From: Cyanophora paradoxa CCMP329
Taxonomy: Eukaryota > Plantae > Glaucophyta
DNA length: 64,000 nt
Direction of reading: 5' to 3'
Assembly: GCA_004431415.1 (NCBI GenBank)
Contig: QPMI01000033.1
Span: forward strand, 1-64,000
Positions 1-12,022 of the stretch are shown piece after piece (position 1 is the stretch's first letter; each line of letters begins with the position of its first letter). The translations under genes were made by a program, and so were the position numbers. Under the pieces are notes generated by a model, which saw only the letters and a program-made list of their open reading frames with translations, was not told the origin of the DNA and ran no database searches.

Positions 1-917
1 GATCGAGCTCGCGCTCGAGCACACATGCACGTGCACCGGCCCATGCCATGATGGCCCGTGATGGCCATGGCCAGGCTGTGGTCGAACCCCAGCTGCAGCC
101 CGCTCCAGCAGTATCATCTTTGCAGTATCATTATTTCAGCTTCGAATTCTTCAGCTTTTAAGCGGCCCAGCGCGGCCACGGCCGCGCCGCCTCATGGGCG
201 CCCCGCCGCGCGCGCGCCGGCGCCTACTAGGCTATAGCTAGCGCTAGGTATATAGATGTGCGCCTGGCCGGGCCGGCTAGCTACTAGTGGATGCGCTCGC
301 GCGGGAGCGCACGCCTGTGAAGCACGTGCACTATCTACTAGTATAGAACTGTGAACTTCGGAAGCCAAACGGATCGAGGAGCCTTGCCAAGTTCAACGGT
401 TGAGGCCGGGCGGCCCGGGCCGCGGCCCGGGCGCCCTAGCCTAGTAGGCCTTGACCGGCCCGGCGGCCGTATCCGGCCGGGCCGAGTCCGATGCAAACCG
501 CGGTGACGAAGTTCGCGTCACCGAGGTACCCGTCACGAAGAAGGCTACCGACCGATTGCGGACAGGCTGGCGATCTCGGCACCGCCGCCGCCGCGCAGCA
601 GCAGCGTCCTTGAGCAGGCTTAGCGGCTCTCGGCAGCGTGATCAGCGCGGAGGGAGGGAAAGCGCGCGAGCGAAGCGCCGGCGAGCGGAAGTGCGGCTCA
701 GGTGCCGCTCACAGTGCGAAGCCGACCGCGGCCGCCTAGGAAGCGTCTTCTCTAGGTACGTACGTGCTCATTCGTGACCCATATCGCCGTCGTCATGCCC
801 CCGGCCGCGGCCTGCGCCTCGAACGCGCGTTTCCCCTTGTGCTGAAGGACATGTCGCCGACAGGCCGATCGCACGCGCCGGCGTCCGCCATAAGATCGGC
901 ACAGGGATCGCGCTCTG

Positions 918-3632
918 ATGTCTGAGGTTATCAGTGTGCTGCCGATGTCGCCGGCCGCGGCGGTGTTCTCGGGTTGCGGCGGAGAGGCGAGCAGCCACGC
1001 CGGCCTCCGATCGGCGGCGCTCTCGACGCCGTCACCGATGTCGGAGGCCGGGGAGAACGGCGTCGGGGGCCCGGCCGCGTCTCCGGCCTCGCCGGACGCT
1101 GCCCTGCCGTCCAGCTCGCCGATGCAGCTCAGCCCGGCCGGGCCCTCCTCCGACCGCGGAGGCTCCTACTCGGAAGGCGCGCAGGTCGTCCCGTCCATGC
1201 GATCGGGGGCGGAGATCCCGGCCCAGCCCCTCCCGCCGCCGCCGCCGCAGCAGCAGCCCCACCCCGTCTACGTCCACTCCCAGCCGCATCCGCATCCGAT
1301 GCATCAGCAGCCGAGCCCGCAGCCGCCGCTCACGTCCCAGATGCTGCAGTTCCAGAATCAGCCGCAGGGGCCGGCGGGAATCGCGCACGCGGGGCCGGCG
1401 GCTCCGGGGCGGGGCCCGCCGCAGGCGGGGCATCAGCCGCTCCAGCAGCCCGTGCCGCAGTTCCCCATCATTGAGCCGCTCTTCTATCCCGCGAACGCCC
1501 CGCAGCAGCCGGCCCCGGGCGCCCGCCGCGGGAGCGGTAGCGGGGCGCCGGGGGCCGCCGGGCCGCCGCCCTCGCTCCCGCCCATGATCGTGCCGGACTA
1601 CACGGCGTTCGCCCGCGCCCCGCCCAGCGCCTTCCTGGCCCACGCCCACGCCCACGGGCCGCCCGGCGCCCACCACGCCGGATTTGATCCGCGGGTCCTC
1701 TACGGGGTGCCGCCCCTGAACCACTTCCGGGGCGGGCCGATGCACGGGCACGCGTCGGCGTACCCGGCGGGGACGCTGGAGCAGCAGCAGCAGCTCATGG
1801 CGCGGGCGGCGGCGGCCGCCGCCGCCCAGCTTCAAGGCCAGCACCACATGTTCCACCTCCACGCTCAGGCCCAGGCCCAGGCCCAGGCCCAGGCCCAGGC
1901 CCAAGCCCAGGCTGCCGCGCAGGCCCAGGCCGCGCAGGCGGCCCAGGTGGCCCAGGCGCAGGGCCCGGCGCCCGGCGGGGCCGGCAAGCCGCCCTCCTCT
2001 GCGGCGGCCGCCGCCGCTGCTGCGACCGGAGCGCACGCGCAGCGCCGTAAGCCCGGCAAGGAGACCCCGGGCGGGCGGGACGGGGAGTGGGGGGCGACGA
2101 GCCCCGCCCGGAGCGCCGCGGGCCCGGCCGCCCGCCGGGCCGCGGCGGCCGCCGGCCGGAGGCGGGGGCCGGGGGCAAGCCGCGGGCAAGGCGCCGCCCG
2201 GGGCGCTGCAGATCCCGTCGCAGGGGCGGGAGGGGCGGCGGGGCCGGGACGGGGCGACGAGTCGGACCCGGACGTGGCGGCGATGCTCGTGTCCATCTCG
2301 CGGAGCCATCCGGGCAGCCCCGCCCAGGAGGCCAGCCCCCCGCCAAGGCCGGCCCCCTCCCGGCCCCGGCTTGGCCTCCGCCCGCCTCGCCGCCCTCGCC
2401 GGGCCCCCGGCCCGGCCTCGGCGGCCCGTGGGCCCCACGCGTCGCCGCTGCTGCAGGCGGCGGCGGGGTACGCCTCCGTGCCGTGCACCCCTCGCCCGCC
2501 CTCCGCGCCCGGCCTCGGGCGGCCCGCCCTCGACTCGCCTTTCAGGTATCCCTCCCCGCCCCCGCCTCCCCCCCCCCCCCCCCCTCCCCCCGCCCCTCCG
2601 GGCGCTGACAGCCGGGGCAGCCTTCCCGAGTCGGCCGTACCCGTGCAGCAGCGCACCCCGGCGGGCCCCGGCGCGGGGCGCCCCGACGAGGCCGTGCCCG
2701 CGGGCGGCTGGATCATGCTCCCCGGTGCGCCGCCCCCGCCGCCGGGCCGCCGGCCCCGCGCCGCCGGCCCGCGCTGAGCGGGGGCGGGGCGGGGGCAGAC
2801 GTGGTGGGGGAGTACATCGTGGGGAAGGGCCGCCCCTGCTCGATGGACGAGTGCGTCCGCCACGTCCAGAGCGTGCGCCGCCTTCCCGCCCCGCCTCCTC
2901 CCCGCCCCTCCCCCGCCCTCCCGCCCACGGCGGCGACCGCGCAGCGCTGGCACCTCGTCCGCAAGCCCGACGGCTCCGTGTACAAGCAGGTCGGCCCCCG
3001 CGCCCCGTGTCGCGCCTCCCCGCTGCGCCTGACGGGGCGCGCAGGACTGCCTCACGACAGTCCGCACGTGCCTCAGCACGCACAACGGCCGCTTCCGCGT
3101 GCGTCGCGCCGCGCGGCCCGTGCCGCCCTCCGCGGCGGGCGCCGCCGACGCGCGCGGGGCCGCAGAAGACGGAGGAGGGCCTGTACATCACGCGGGACAT
3201 GCGCGCCGGCTCCCCCACGCCCCTCGTCCGCCCCGCCCCGGCCCACCAGCGTCCGGCCTCGGCCCTCACTCCTCGGGCAGCAGGGGGCGCGGCAGGGGTC
3301 GCCGGCGGGGTGCCGGCGCTGGACCTGGGGGAGGCGGCGGTGGGGGGCGGCCTCAAGCGGGGCCGCTGGGGCCCGAGGAGGAGGCCCCGCCCTCCAAGGG
3401 CCCCCGCCACGCCGACCGCGAGGACGGCCGCGAGGGCGCGGGGCGCGCGGCCACCCCGCCCCCGCCGCCGCCCCGTGCGCCGGCCCCGCCCCGCCCTCGC
3501 TGCGGGCAGGGCTGACGGTGGGGCAGGGGACTCGCCGCCGCCGGGGCCGGGGTGCGGGGAGGCGCCGCGGGTGCGGCCGCTGCTGGAGAGCATCCGGCGC
3601 GACGGGGAGGCCCTCCGCGAGGCCAGGGTCCG

Positions 3633-3664
<32 letters not shown>

Positions 3665-4523
3665 CCCCGCCCGCGCGGCCGGGCTGAGGGCGGGGGCCAG
3701 GCGCGCTTCTGGGAGGCGGAGGGGCGCCTGCGGGAGCTCGAGGCGCGCCTCGCCGGCCTCCTCACCGGCCCCGCCGCCCCGCTGGCCCCCCGGGACGAGG
3801 AGGCGCTCCTCGCCGTGCGGCCCCCTTTCCCCCGCCCCAGCAGCCCCGCCGCCCCGCCGACGCGCGCGCCCCGCAGGCGGTGGCGGAGTGCGAGGGGCGC
3901 TGCAGGCGGCCCGCGGGCCCTCGCCGCCCGCCGCTCCCGCGTCGCGCCCCTCGTCGCCCTCGCCCGCGCCGCCGCCGAGCGCGATCGGAGTGCGGCCCGC
4001 GCCCCCTCCCTCCCGCCCTCCCTCCTCACCCCGCCGCCCGCGCAGCCATCTCGGAGCGGCTCCAGAGGCTCTGGGCCCTCGAGGAGAGCGCCCGCCGCCC
4101 GCCTGCCCCGCCGCCGCCGCCGGCAGCCCGCCGGCACTCGACGATTTCAAGGGCCGGCGGCGCGGGGCCAGCCGGGCCGCCCCGGCGCCGGCTCCCGCCC
4201 CGGCCCCGAGGAGGACGCCGAGGAGGAGGAGGAGGCGCCGGCCCCGCACGCCGACCCGACCCAGAGCCGGCCCCCGCCCCGCCGCCGGCCCCGCCCCCGC
4301 CCCGCGCGCCTGCCGCGCCCTCCGAGGCGCGCGCGGCGCCCTGCCGCCCCTCCCGCCCCGCGGGGGCTTCGAGCTGGGCCCGGAGGGGTGCGACGGCGAG
4401 AGCGCGCGCTGCGGGCGGGACTCGCCTCCGAGGCCGGCGGCAGAGGCGGCGGGGGCCGTCGGTGCCCCGAGCGAGCGGCAGGCCCGGGAGGCACGCCACG
4501 TGCACGTCAGCCACTTCTCCTAG
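918..4523 (+). CDS. Multi-exon Gln/Pro/Ala-rich protein with a putative winged-helix DNA-binding domain (3' end uncertain)
   Basis: Long first exon with Q/P/H-rich and (QA)n tracts. Spliced exons at 2700-3200 read GWIMLPDVVGEYIVGKGRPCSMDECVRHVQSRWHLVRKPDGSVYKQDCLTTVRTCLSTHNGRF..KTEEGLY, which resembles a winged helix. Confidence 0.5.
1866..1911 (+). repeat. (CAGGCC)n coding microsatellite encoding poly(QA)
   Basis: Direct tandem CAGGCC units inside the first exon. Confidence 0.85.
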
Positions 4524-5527
4524 CCCGGGCCCGCCGCCCCGCTACCTCCCAGTTCGATCCCTTTCAAGCCAGCGTAGCTGTATCCATGTCCATGCATGCA
4601 GTTGCCTCGAGCTTCCGTTCGCTTTTTTATTCTGTGATTCGCGATTTCAGGGCTGCTTCTTTCGAATTTTCTAAAGAATTTTCCCGTCTCCGGTGCGGCT
4701 GGCTTAAAATTTGCCTCCGTGCCACCGGCACCGCGTCAGACTGTCAATTCGTTTCCATACTCGTATCTATCTATATATTATGTACCGAAAAGCCTCGCTT
4801 CCAGCGGCAGTTTTGCGGAACTTGAGTTCAAGCCAGTATTCAGCGTTGTGTACAATACGCAAGGTAGGACGGCAATATTTTATACAGCTGTGCAGTCCCT
4901 CACTGAGTCATTTGGACAGCTCGACATTCTAGATATTGTAGAGTGCCGCGGAGCGCCGTGACGCCCCATGGCCACTCATTTTCAGAGTCGCAGCTCGCGT
5001 AGAAAATGCATATTCATATGATGTCTCGAGATCCGTGCCATCATCAGAAGTCCACCCGAAAAAGGGCACTGCAGCATGCGCGCAACACTGGCTGGACTCG
5101 AGGAAATTCGAACAAGGATAGAATTTTAATTTCGAATTCAACATTAAGATCAAGAAGATTTTTTTAATCACTAATTCCTGTACATGCGGATGTTAGAGTC
5201 GATCTAGATCTCGCAATGAAAGCGCCAGAAGTACGAGTCGAAGGACGGTCGGACTGGGGGCCGCCAAACGAAAGGTACAAGACTAGGATCTGAAAGAATC
5301 GCGAAATTGAAGGCTACAAAAAAGTACATAGTTCGAGGGCGCACTCTATGCGACTGGAAACAGCGTGGTGGGCTCCGTGTGCCTCGATCGGCTTCCTACT
5401 GTGAAAGAACTAAACGTGGACGGGCTACTGCGCTCGCTCGCTCAAAGCGGGCGAGGGGCAAGATGTGGAGCTGTGGCGGCGGGTGGTATGGACATGGTGG
5501 GGCCCCGGGGGCGGGGGAGGCGGGGCG

Positions 5528-6609
5528 TCACTTCTTCTTCTCCTTGAGAAGCTTGTTCTCGCGCTTGAGCTCGAGGTTGCGCGCCTCGAGCTCCGCCAGG
5601 CGCCCCAGCACGCCCTCCAGCGCCGCCCCCGGCGACCCCGCCGGCAGGCCCAGCGCTGCAGCCACGTCGCCCGGGCGCGAGCAGGGCGCAGGGGGGGAAG
5701 CCGGCGCCGCACCCTTGGCGGCCGAGAGGGCGGCCGGCTTGAGGCCCACGGTCATCTGGACGTCCTTCTTGAGCCGCGCGATCAGAGCGAACCCTGCGGT
5801 GCAGCGCTCAGGCGCACGGGCCGGAGAGGGGGGTAGGAAAAAAGGCGCACGGGTAGGGAACGACTCCGTGGGGTACAGGTGCGCGTTGATGTCCTCGAGC
5901 ATGCGAAGGTTGGGGTCCACAGTGGTCGCCAGGGCCCCCGCGCGATCTATGAGCAACTTCACAGCATCTGCGCACCGCGCAACCGGCGTCACGGGCGGGC
6001 GCCGGTGCGTTCCGAAGGCTAGCGGCTGCATAACGCCATGAGGCGCGGATTGGGCAGCGGGGCTCACTGCCTGTGCCGATGCTGCAGCCGCCGGGGCTGT
6101 ACGGCGCGCATCCGAGCTCCTTAGCCAGCGGGCTCAGGATTTGCCACACGCCGTTGAGCTCGTTCACGTCCGATCGCACCCGCGCGGCTAGCTCGCCCTA
6201 CGAGTTGCACAAGACGCCCAATGCGGTCAGCGTTGCGGCAGCGCGGGTCGAGGATGCGACTGGCGATCTGAAGACTCACCGCGTGCTCTGCAGGTTGCGC
6301 CCGCAGGGTGCCGAATCGTCAGTCATCCGGAAGCGCGGGGCGCGTGAACACGCGGCCATCAGAGAAGCAGCACACCGAAGCACATGTGCGAGTAGTGAGT
6401 TGATACTAACCGCTTGATCAGTTCCACGAGATCTGTTCGGGGAGGAACAGTGAGCTGCAAGGAGCATGCCAGCGCGCGAGCGGCGAGCGCTTGCCAGTTT
6501 CCCTCGAGAGCTCCTCGGCGAACTGCTCATCAAGCGCGCCCGACGCATGATTCTGGAGCATCCGCAGCTGCTCATCGGTGGTGCTGGGCTCTGCGACTGG
6601 CGAAGGCAT
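5528..6609 (-). CDS. Hypothetical multi-exon protein with C-terminal coiled coil (5' end uncertain)
   Basis: Coding-like exons flanked by GT..CAG introns (DAVKLLIDRAGALATTVDPNLRMLEDINAHLYPTESF; LAELEARNLELKRENKLLKEKKK*). Confidence 0.4.
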
Positions 6610-6910
6610 CGCGCGTGCAATTCGCCGTTTGGCTTCCGGGGAGTTTTGCTGTGCTCTGCGAACGCCCGCGAACGTCTACTAAGGAAGACCGGATGCTCTG
6701 CGCACAACCGCGGCCGCCGGGCGCAGCTCAAAGCAGGACCTGAATACCTCCCGTCTCTATAGCGCCAGGGGGTACGCTGCCTGGCCGTTTGGTCCTGCGG
6801 ATGCGCATGCGTACCGTACGTATATACCCGCAGCAGCTCTCGTATATACGTATAAGCAGCGCCAGCGCAATCGAATCAAACCCCCGAGAAATCGCTCAAG
6901 CGCGATATCG

Positions 6911-8713
6911 ATGGATATCCGCGTTCCGAGGCGTGGCGGCGCTGCGCATGCGGGCGAGCGGCTGATTCGCCTTGTAGAAGGTGCAGCGCCCGCCTCACGG
7001 CGCGCGCTTCCGCTCGTGCACGCTCGCGTACGCTCTTATACGCTCGCGTACCTCCGACCTGCAGGCGACCTGGCGCGGGGGGATCCCGCGGGAAGCAGGT
7101 TCGACGTCCTCCTCGTCAGCGCCTTCCCGGGCGACTACGCCCCTGTCCCTGGGACGCTGGTGAGCCGTCAATACGAGCGCCGGCAGGCGGCTGGGCCAGC
7201 GGGTCTCGTGCGCGTCGCGCTCTGGCTTCCGACGCGCGCCGGGCGGGGGCGGCAGATCGGGGCGCTGCTGGAGGCCGGGGTGGACGTGGCGGAGCTCGCG
7301 GAGAGCCGGGAGTCGGACCTGCTCGCGAGCCACGGGTGCTGGATGAGCCGCCGCCTGCCGCCGGGCCACGCCTTCTCCCGCATCCTCTGCTTCGAGCCGC
7401 GCCCCGGCGTGCCCCCCGAGGAGTGCGCCATGCACCTCGGCGCCGCGCCGCCGAGCTGGAGGGCGAGCCGGGGGCGCCGCCGCAGGCTGGTGGCCTCGGT
7501 GTTCCGCGCGCTGGCGCCGTACCTGCTGCTGGAGGGCCCCGAGGCCGTGCGGCACGTCGCGACGCCCCTCCTGCGCGCCGGCAACCAGGGCCTCCCCCAG
7601 GAGGCCGTCCTCGAGACCCTCGTCCGCGTCGCCGCCAAAGTGCCCCGCCCACGCCCGCCCCGCCCCCGTCCCCTCCCCGCCCGACCCGTGCGGGCCCTCC
7701 CCTCAGTGGGACGGGGCGGGGCTGCCGCTGGAGACGCTCACGATCTGCTGCCACCGGGGCGTCCCGGCGCCCCTCGCCGCCCTCTTCGCCCGCCTCAAGG
7801 CCGAGCTCGAGGGCGCCCCCTCCCCCGCCCACCTCCCGCCCCCGCCCCCAGCGCCGGCCGCCGCTCCCGCTCCCGCTGCTCCCGCCGCCCCCGCCCCCGC
7901 CCCTGGCCTGCAGGCCTCCTCCTCCTTCATCACCGGCCTCTCCTCCGTGGCCCAGCAGCCATTCAAGGCGCCCCGTCCCCCGCGCCCCGCCGCCCGCCGG
8001 CCTCCTCTTAGGCCGCCGGGCGCAGTGGGACGTCTTCATCAGCTACAGCCACAGGAACGGCGACATCGCGAGCCTCGTCCTGCGCGTGCGCCCCCGCTCC
8101 GCCGGGGCCGCCGCCGGGCGCGCCGCGACGGGGCGCGCAGCTGCTGCAGGAGAAGCGCCCGCGCCTGCGCGTCTTCTTCGACAACGCCGCCCTCCACAAC
8201 GGCTGCTACTGGCAGCAGGAGCTCTACGTGCGCCGCCCAGCTCCCCCGCCCGCGCCGGCGCGCCGCCTCCTCACGTAGCGTGCACGCGTGTGGGGGCAGG
8301 CGGCGATCGACGACACGCGCTCGGTGCTGGCGATCCTCACGCCGGACTACCTCGCGAGCAAGGCGCGGGGCCCCACTGCCCCGCCTCCTTCCGAAGCGCA
8401 ACGAGCTCGCGGCAGGTGTGCCTGGAAGAATTGCACATGTCAATATGCCGGCAGCGGGAGGAGGGCCGGACCCTCCTGCACCTCATTTACGCCGCCTCCA
8501 TCGAACGCCTGCCAACCTACATCAAGCTCCTCCAGTACAGGGACTGCCGCGAGGACGACCCCGCGAAGGCCCGCCCCGCCCCGCCCCGCCCCGGCCCGCC
8601 CTCAGCCTTCTCAGGCCCGGGTGCGTCAGGTGGAGGCGGCCGTGGACGACTTCCTCTCCTTCTTCTTCGGGGCGCGCACAGAGGGGCCTCACGGCCCGCC
8701 GCCCCTCGCATAA
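6911..8713 (+). CDS. Macrodomain-like / TIR domain fusion protein
   Basis: N-terminal part has macro-fold motifs (IRLVEGDL..DVLLVSAFPGDY; VATPLLRAGNQGLPQEAVLETL). C-terminal TIR motifs: WDVFISYSH, RVFFD, LHNGCYWQQEL, AIDDTRSVLAILTPDYLASKVCLEEL. Confidence 0.85.
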
Positions 8714-9918
8714 TTATATGTACACATGCAGCGCATGCGCACGCCGTGACGTGCACGGGCTCGTGGCCGAGGGAGGGGGAGGAGACCTTGGGGGATTCGC
8801 TGATGGCCTAGGGGAGACATCAACAAAGGAGGAGGCGGCGGAAGCCTAATAAGAATTCATCGGATCTTTAAAATTTCTCACTCTCTAGCCCCTCTACAAG
8901 CCCACCGCACCCCACCGCGTACACGTGAAGCGATGGCCGAGGAGCAGCGTCAGGAGCTGGAGCGCATGCGCGAGGCGCTCAGCGAAGGCGACCCGGGCCG
9001 CCTGAATTTGAATGTGGCGGAGAATGTGTTGCCCACGGCGCGCCGTGGCGGCGACGAACCCACAGGCGCGGAGCTTGACGTCAAGAGCGCTGAAGGCAGT
9101 GCGCATGCGTCTCGAAGCGCTGAATCATCGGAATTTTGGCCACTGGCCATGAGCTCGAGAATCATTCTTCTGAGCGCAGATATTGGGCCGCTACGCGGAG
9201 AGGGCCTCGCCGCGTCCAAGAAAGGCGCGCGCGCGTCGCCCACGCACAAATTCCGGCCCTTAAGCTTGTTAATTCGGCCGCGGAGTTTAAACTTTAATTC
9301 TGATCCGTCACGATCGCGTGCGCGGCACAGAGTCGACTGCGGACACGCCGTTCATGCCCGGAGCGCGCACGGGTGTCTTCGGAGCCGACATGCCCGTTAA
9401 AGGTGAATTTGATCCCCGACGTCGACCGGACTTAATTCTCCGATCCGTATATCCGGATCCAAAAATTGGATATCGATCGAGTCGCTGAGATGACGCGTAT
9501 GTTAACGCTGATCCACTGTTCACAGAGGACGACTCGCCGGAGCGCGCGGCCGCAGGCGACCGGGAGAGATCTCAGATCTAGACTCTTAGACTCTGAGAAG
9601 CGTACTACGGTATTATCGTAGTATATATAGCCGCTGAGCTGCCGCAGTGCCGCTATAGCTATGCCATGATGTACGCACCGACGCACAAGGGCGCCTGATT
9701 GTAAGTGATCGCCCATAAATACCAACAGAGCTCGAGCCTGAAGTTCGCTGTCTTTAAAAGCAAAATTTCGGAGGTCACAACGTATGCGATGCAAAACTAC
9801 GTACAGTTGAAAGGATGCCTGAAAGTGGGGTAAAAGGTCTGCCGAGAAAGAATACGAGGGGTCGTACTATGGACTACTACTAGGCTACGTCTAGAATAGC
9901 TTACGGCCTGGAGTCGGC

Positions 9919-11927
9919 CTAGAGGTAACGGGGCGGGGGGCTGTAGGAGATCATGGGCGGGAGGTCCTTGGGCTTGGCCTTCTCCGGGGGCGGGGGCGGG
10001 GGCAGCGCCCGCTCCTGCGCCTCGCGCAGCTTGGCGGCGCAGATCTCAAGCTTCGCCTGCAGCTCCCGCGTCTCCAGGTGCGCCGTCTGTCCCGGCCCGT
10101 CGGCCCCGGCACGGCGCGGGGCGGCCCCGCGCGGGGAGGCGCGGCGCACGTCGTTGAGCTCCTCGAGGACGATAAGGCCGCTCGGTTGGAAGCTCAGCTG
10201 GGGGCGCGCGCGCCCCGTCGGCCCGAGGAAGGAGGGGCGAGGCGCGGCGAGCGGCGCACCACGTTGACGGCGCCGTAGCTCTGGTTCAGCTGCCGGTAGA
10301 AGGAAGTGCCTGCGGGGCGAGGCTCGATGCCGGCACGCGCCAAGGGGCGCGGGGCGGGGCGGACCGAGGCCGAGGGCGCGGCCGATGAGGGCCTTGTTGA
10401 CGGCGTTGTGCCCGACGACGAGGAAGGCCTCCCCCTCCTGCGCCCTGCGAGTCACCGCCGGCCGGCCGCACGCGGGGGCCGGGCGAGGCGCACGTGGTCC
10501 AGGATCGTCTCCCACGCTTGCGCCGCCTGCGCCCCGCCGGCCCGTCAGCCGAGCCCCGCACGGTCAGCCGCGCAGGCCGGTCCGGCCGGCCTCCCGCGGC
10601 TGCCTCCCTTCTCCAGCTCTTATCCCCCGGGCAAGCCTCTGGCGCGCGCGCGCTCCGGCGAACCTGCTCCCAGAGCGACTCGACGGGGTTCCTCCCGTCG
10701 ATCTGCACCGAGAGCGGGTCGTTGATCCACTTGTCGAACTCCCCGGGGTACATCTCGTCGATCTCCGCCTTCGAGTACCCCTGCCGCGCCGGCTCGGCGG
10801 GGCGGGGGCGGGGGCGGGGCAAGGGCGGGCGGGCGGGCGGGCGGACCTCCCACTTGCCGAGGCCGAGCTCCTCAAGCTCGCTCAAGAACTTGATCGGGAA
10901 GCCGCCAAACCGCTCCCTGCCCCGCCCCCCGCCCCGCCCCCGTCAGCCCCGCCCCGCCCCACCCCCCAACCCGGCGGCGGCGCACCCGTCGAAGTTCAGA
11001 TGGCCCGAGTCCGGAATCTGCAGGTGCTTATTCCTGCACCGCCGCCGCGCCGTCGGCAGGGCGGCGTTGCGGAGCGCAGGGGCACGGAGTGCGCACCGCG
11101 CGAGGACGATCTCGGCGGTCTGCTTGCTCCGGGAGAGGGGCGAGCACTGCAAGGGAGGCGGTCGGGCGCGGGGGAGGCGGCGCGGGAGGCGGCGGCGCAC
11201 GAAGACTTGGTCGAAGCGGATGTCCTTGAGGTGGTCCCCGAGGGAAACAGCCACCTCCTGGCCCCGCTCCGTCAGCACCGGCAGGTCCGAGCTCCCCTGC
11301 ACCCGCCCTGCGCCCCGGTCCCCGCCTCACGCAGCGTCCCCCGGCTGGGGCGAGGACGGCGCGGACGACGCGCCCTCCTCGTTCCAGTTGCTCGGGCCCT
11401 TGCGGACGATGTAGACCTTCTTGAAGGCGGGCCGGCCGGGCTTGCACTGCGAGGGCACCGGGCGCCACTGCAAAAACGCAATCGAGGACGTGAGATACCG
11501 AGTAAGTGACCAGGAATGCAGCCCGGAGAGCGGTGCAGTGGACCCAGGACGCGACGCCTAATCATCGAACAGGGCGCTAGCTTGACGCCACGTCCGGCGC
11601 ACCTTGATCAGCTCCTGTTGAACCTTTTCGTTAGCGTACAAGCGGGACTCGCGGGGCGGCGCGCTGCGAGAGAATGGGGCTTCAGGGGACTCCTCAGAAG
11701 TCTGGTTCGCGGGCGGCGGCAGCGGCGGCGGCGGCGGCGGCTCACTTGATACGCAGATAGTTAGATCCATCTTCTGCGAGCGCGAAGACGCGCTCGGACG
11801 CTGACCGGCGTGTCCGCGCAACGCTGGCCGCCGGCCGAACTGCCGGATTCAGGAGGCGGGCGCCGGCGAAGGATGTCCGGCCGATGGTTCGGCTGCCCTG
11901 AAGCGGCGGGACGCTCGAGAAGGCCAT
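9919..11927 (-). CDS. Plastid-targeted histidine phosphatase / PGM-family protein, CA1Pase-like, with RKG in place of RHG
   Basis: MAF..Ser/Arg-rich presequence. Spliced motifs KKVYIVRKGPSNWNEEG, QGSSDLPVLTERG, SPLSRSKQTAEI, IDGRNPVESLWEQ, LVVGHNAVNKALIGRALGLG. Confidence 0.8.
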
Positions 11928-12022
11928 TCTGGATTATCTGCGGACACTTACCAGCGACCGCAACCGCAGCAGCGACTCGGGGGGTACGACGCATTGCAAG
12001 TCTTGGCTAGCTCGGAGCGAAG

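Noticed and set aside
1032-4825. Very long overlapping Arg/Pro/Gly/Ala-rich ORFs here and throughout the window
   Set aside because: Expected from stop-codon scarcity at extreme GC; real genes are recovered only by splicing.
8933-9130. Short coding-like stretch MAEEQRQELERMREAL...
   Set aside because: No recognisable domain or splice structure and it decays into palindrome-rich intergenic DNA; at most a remnant.
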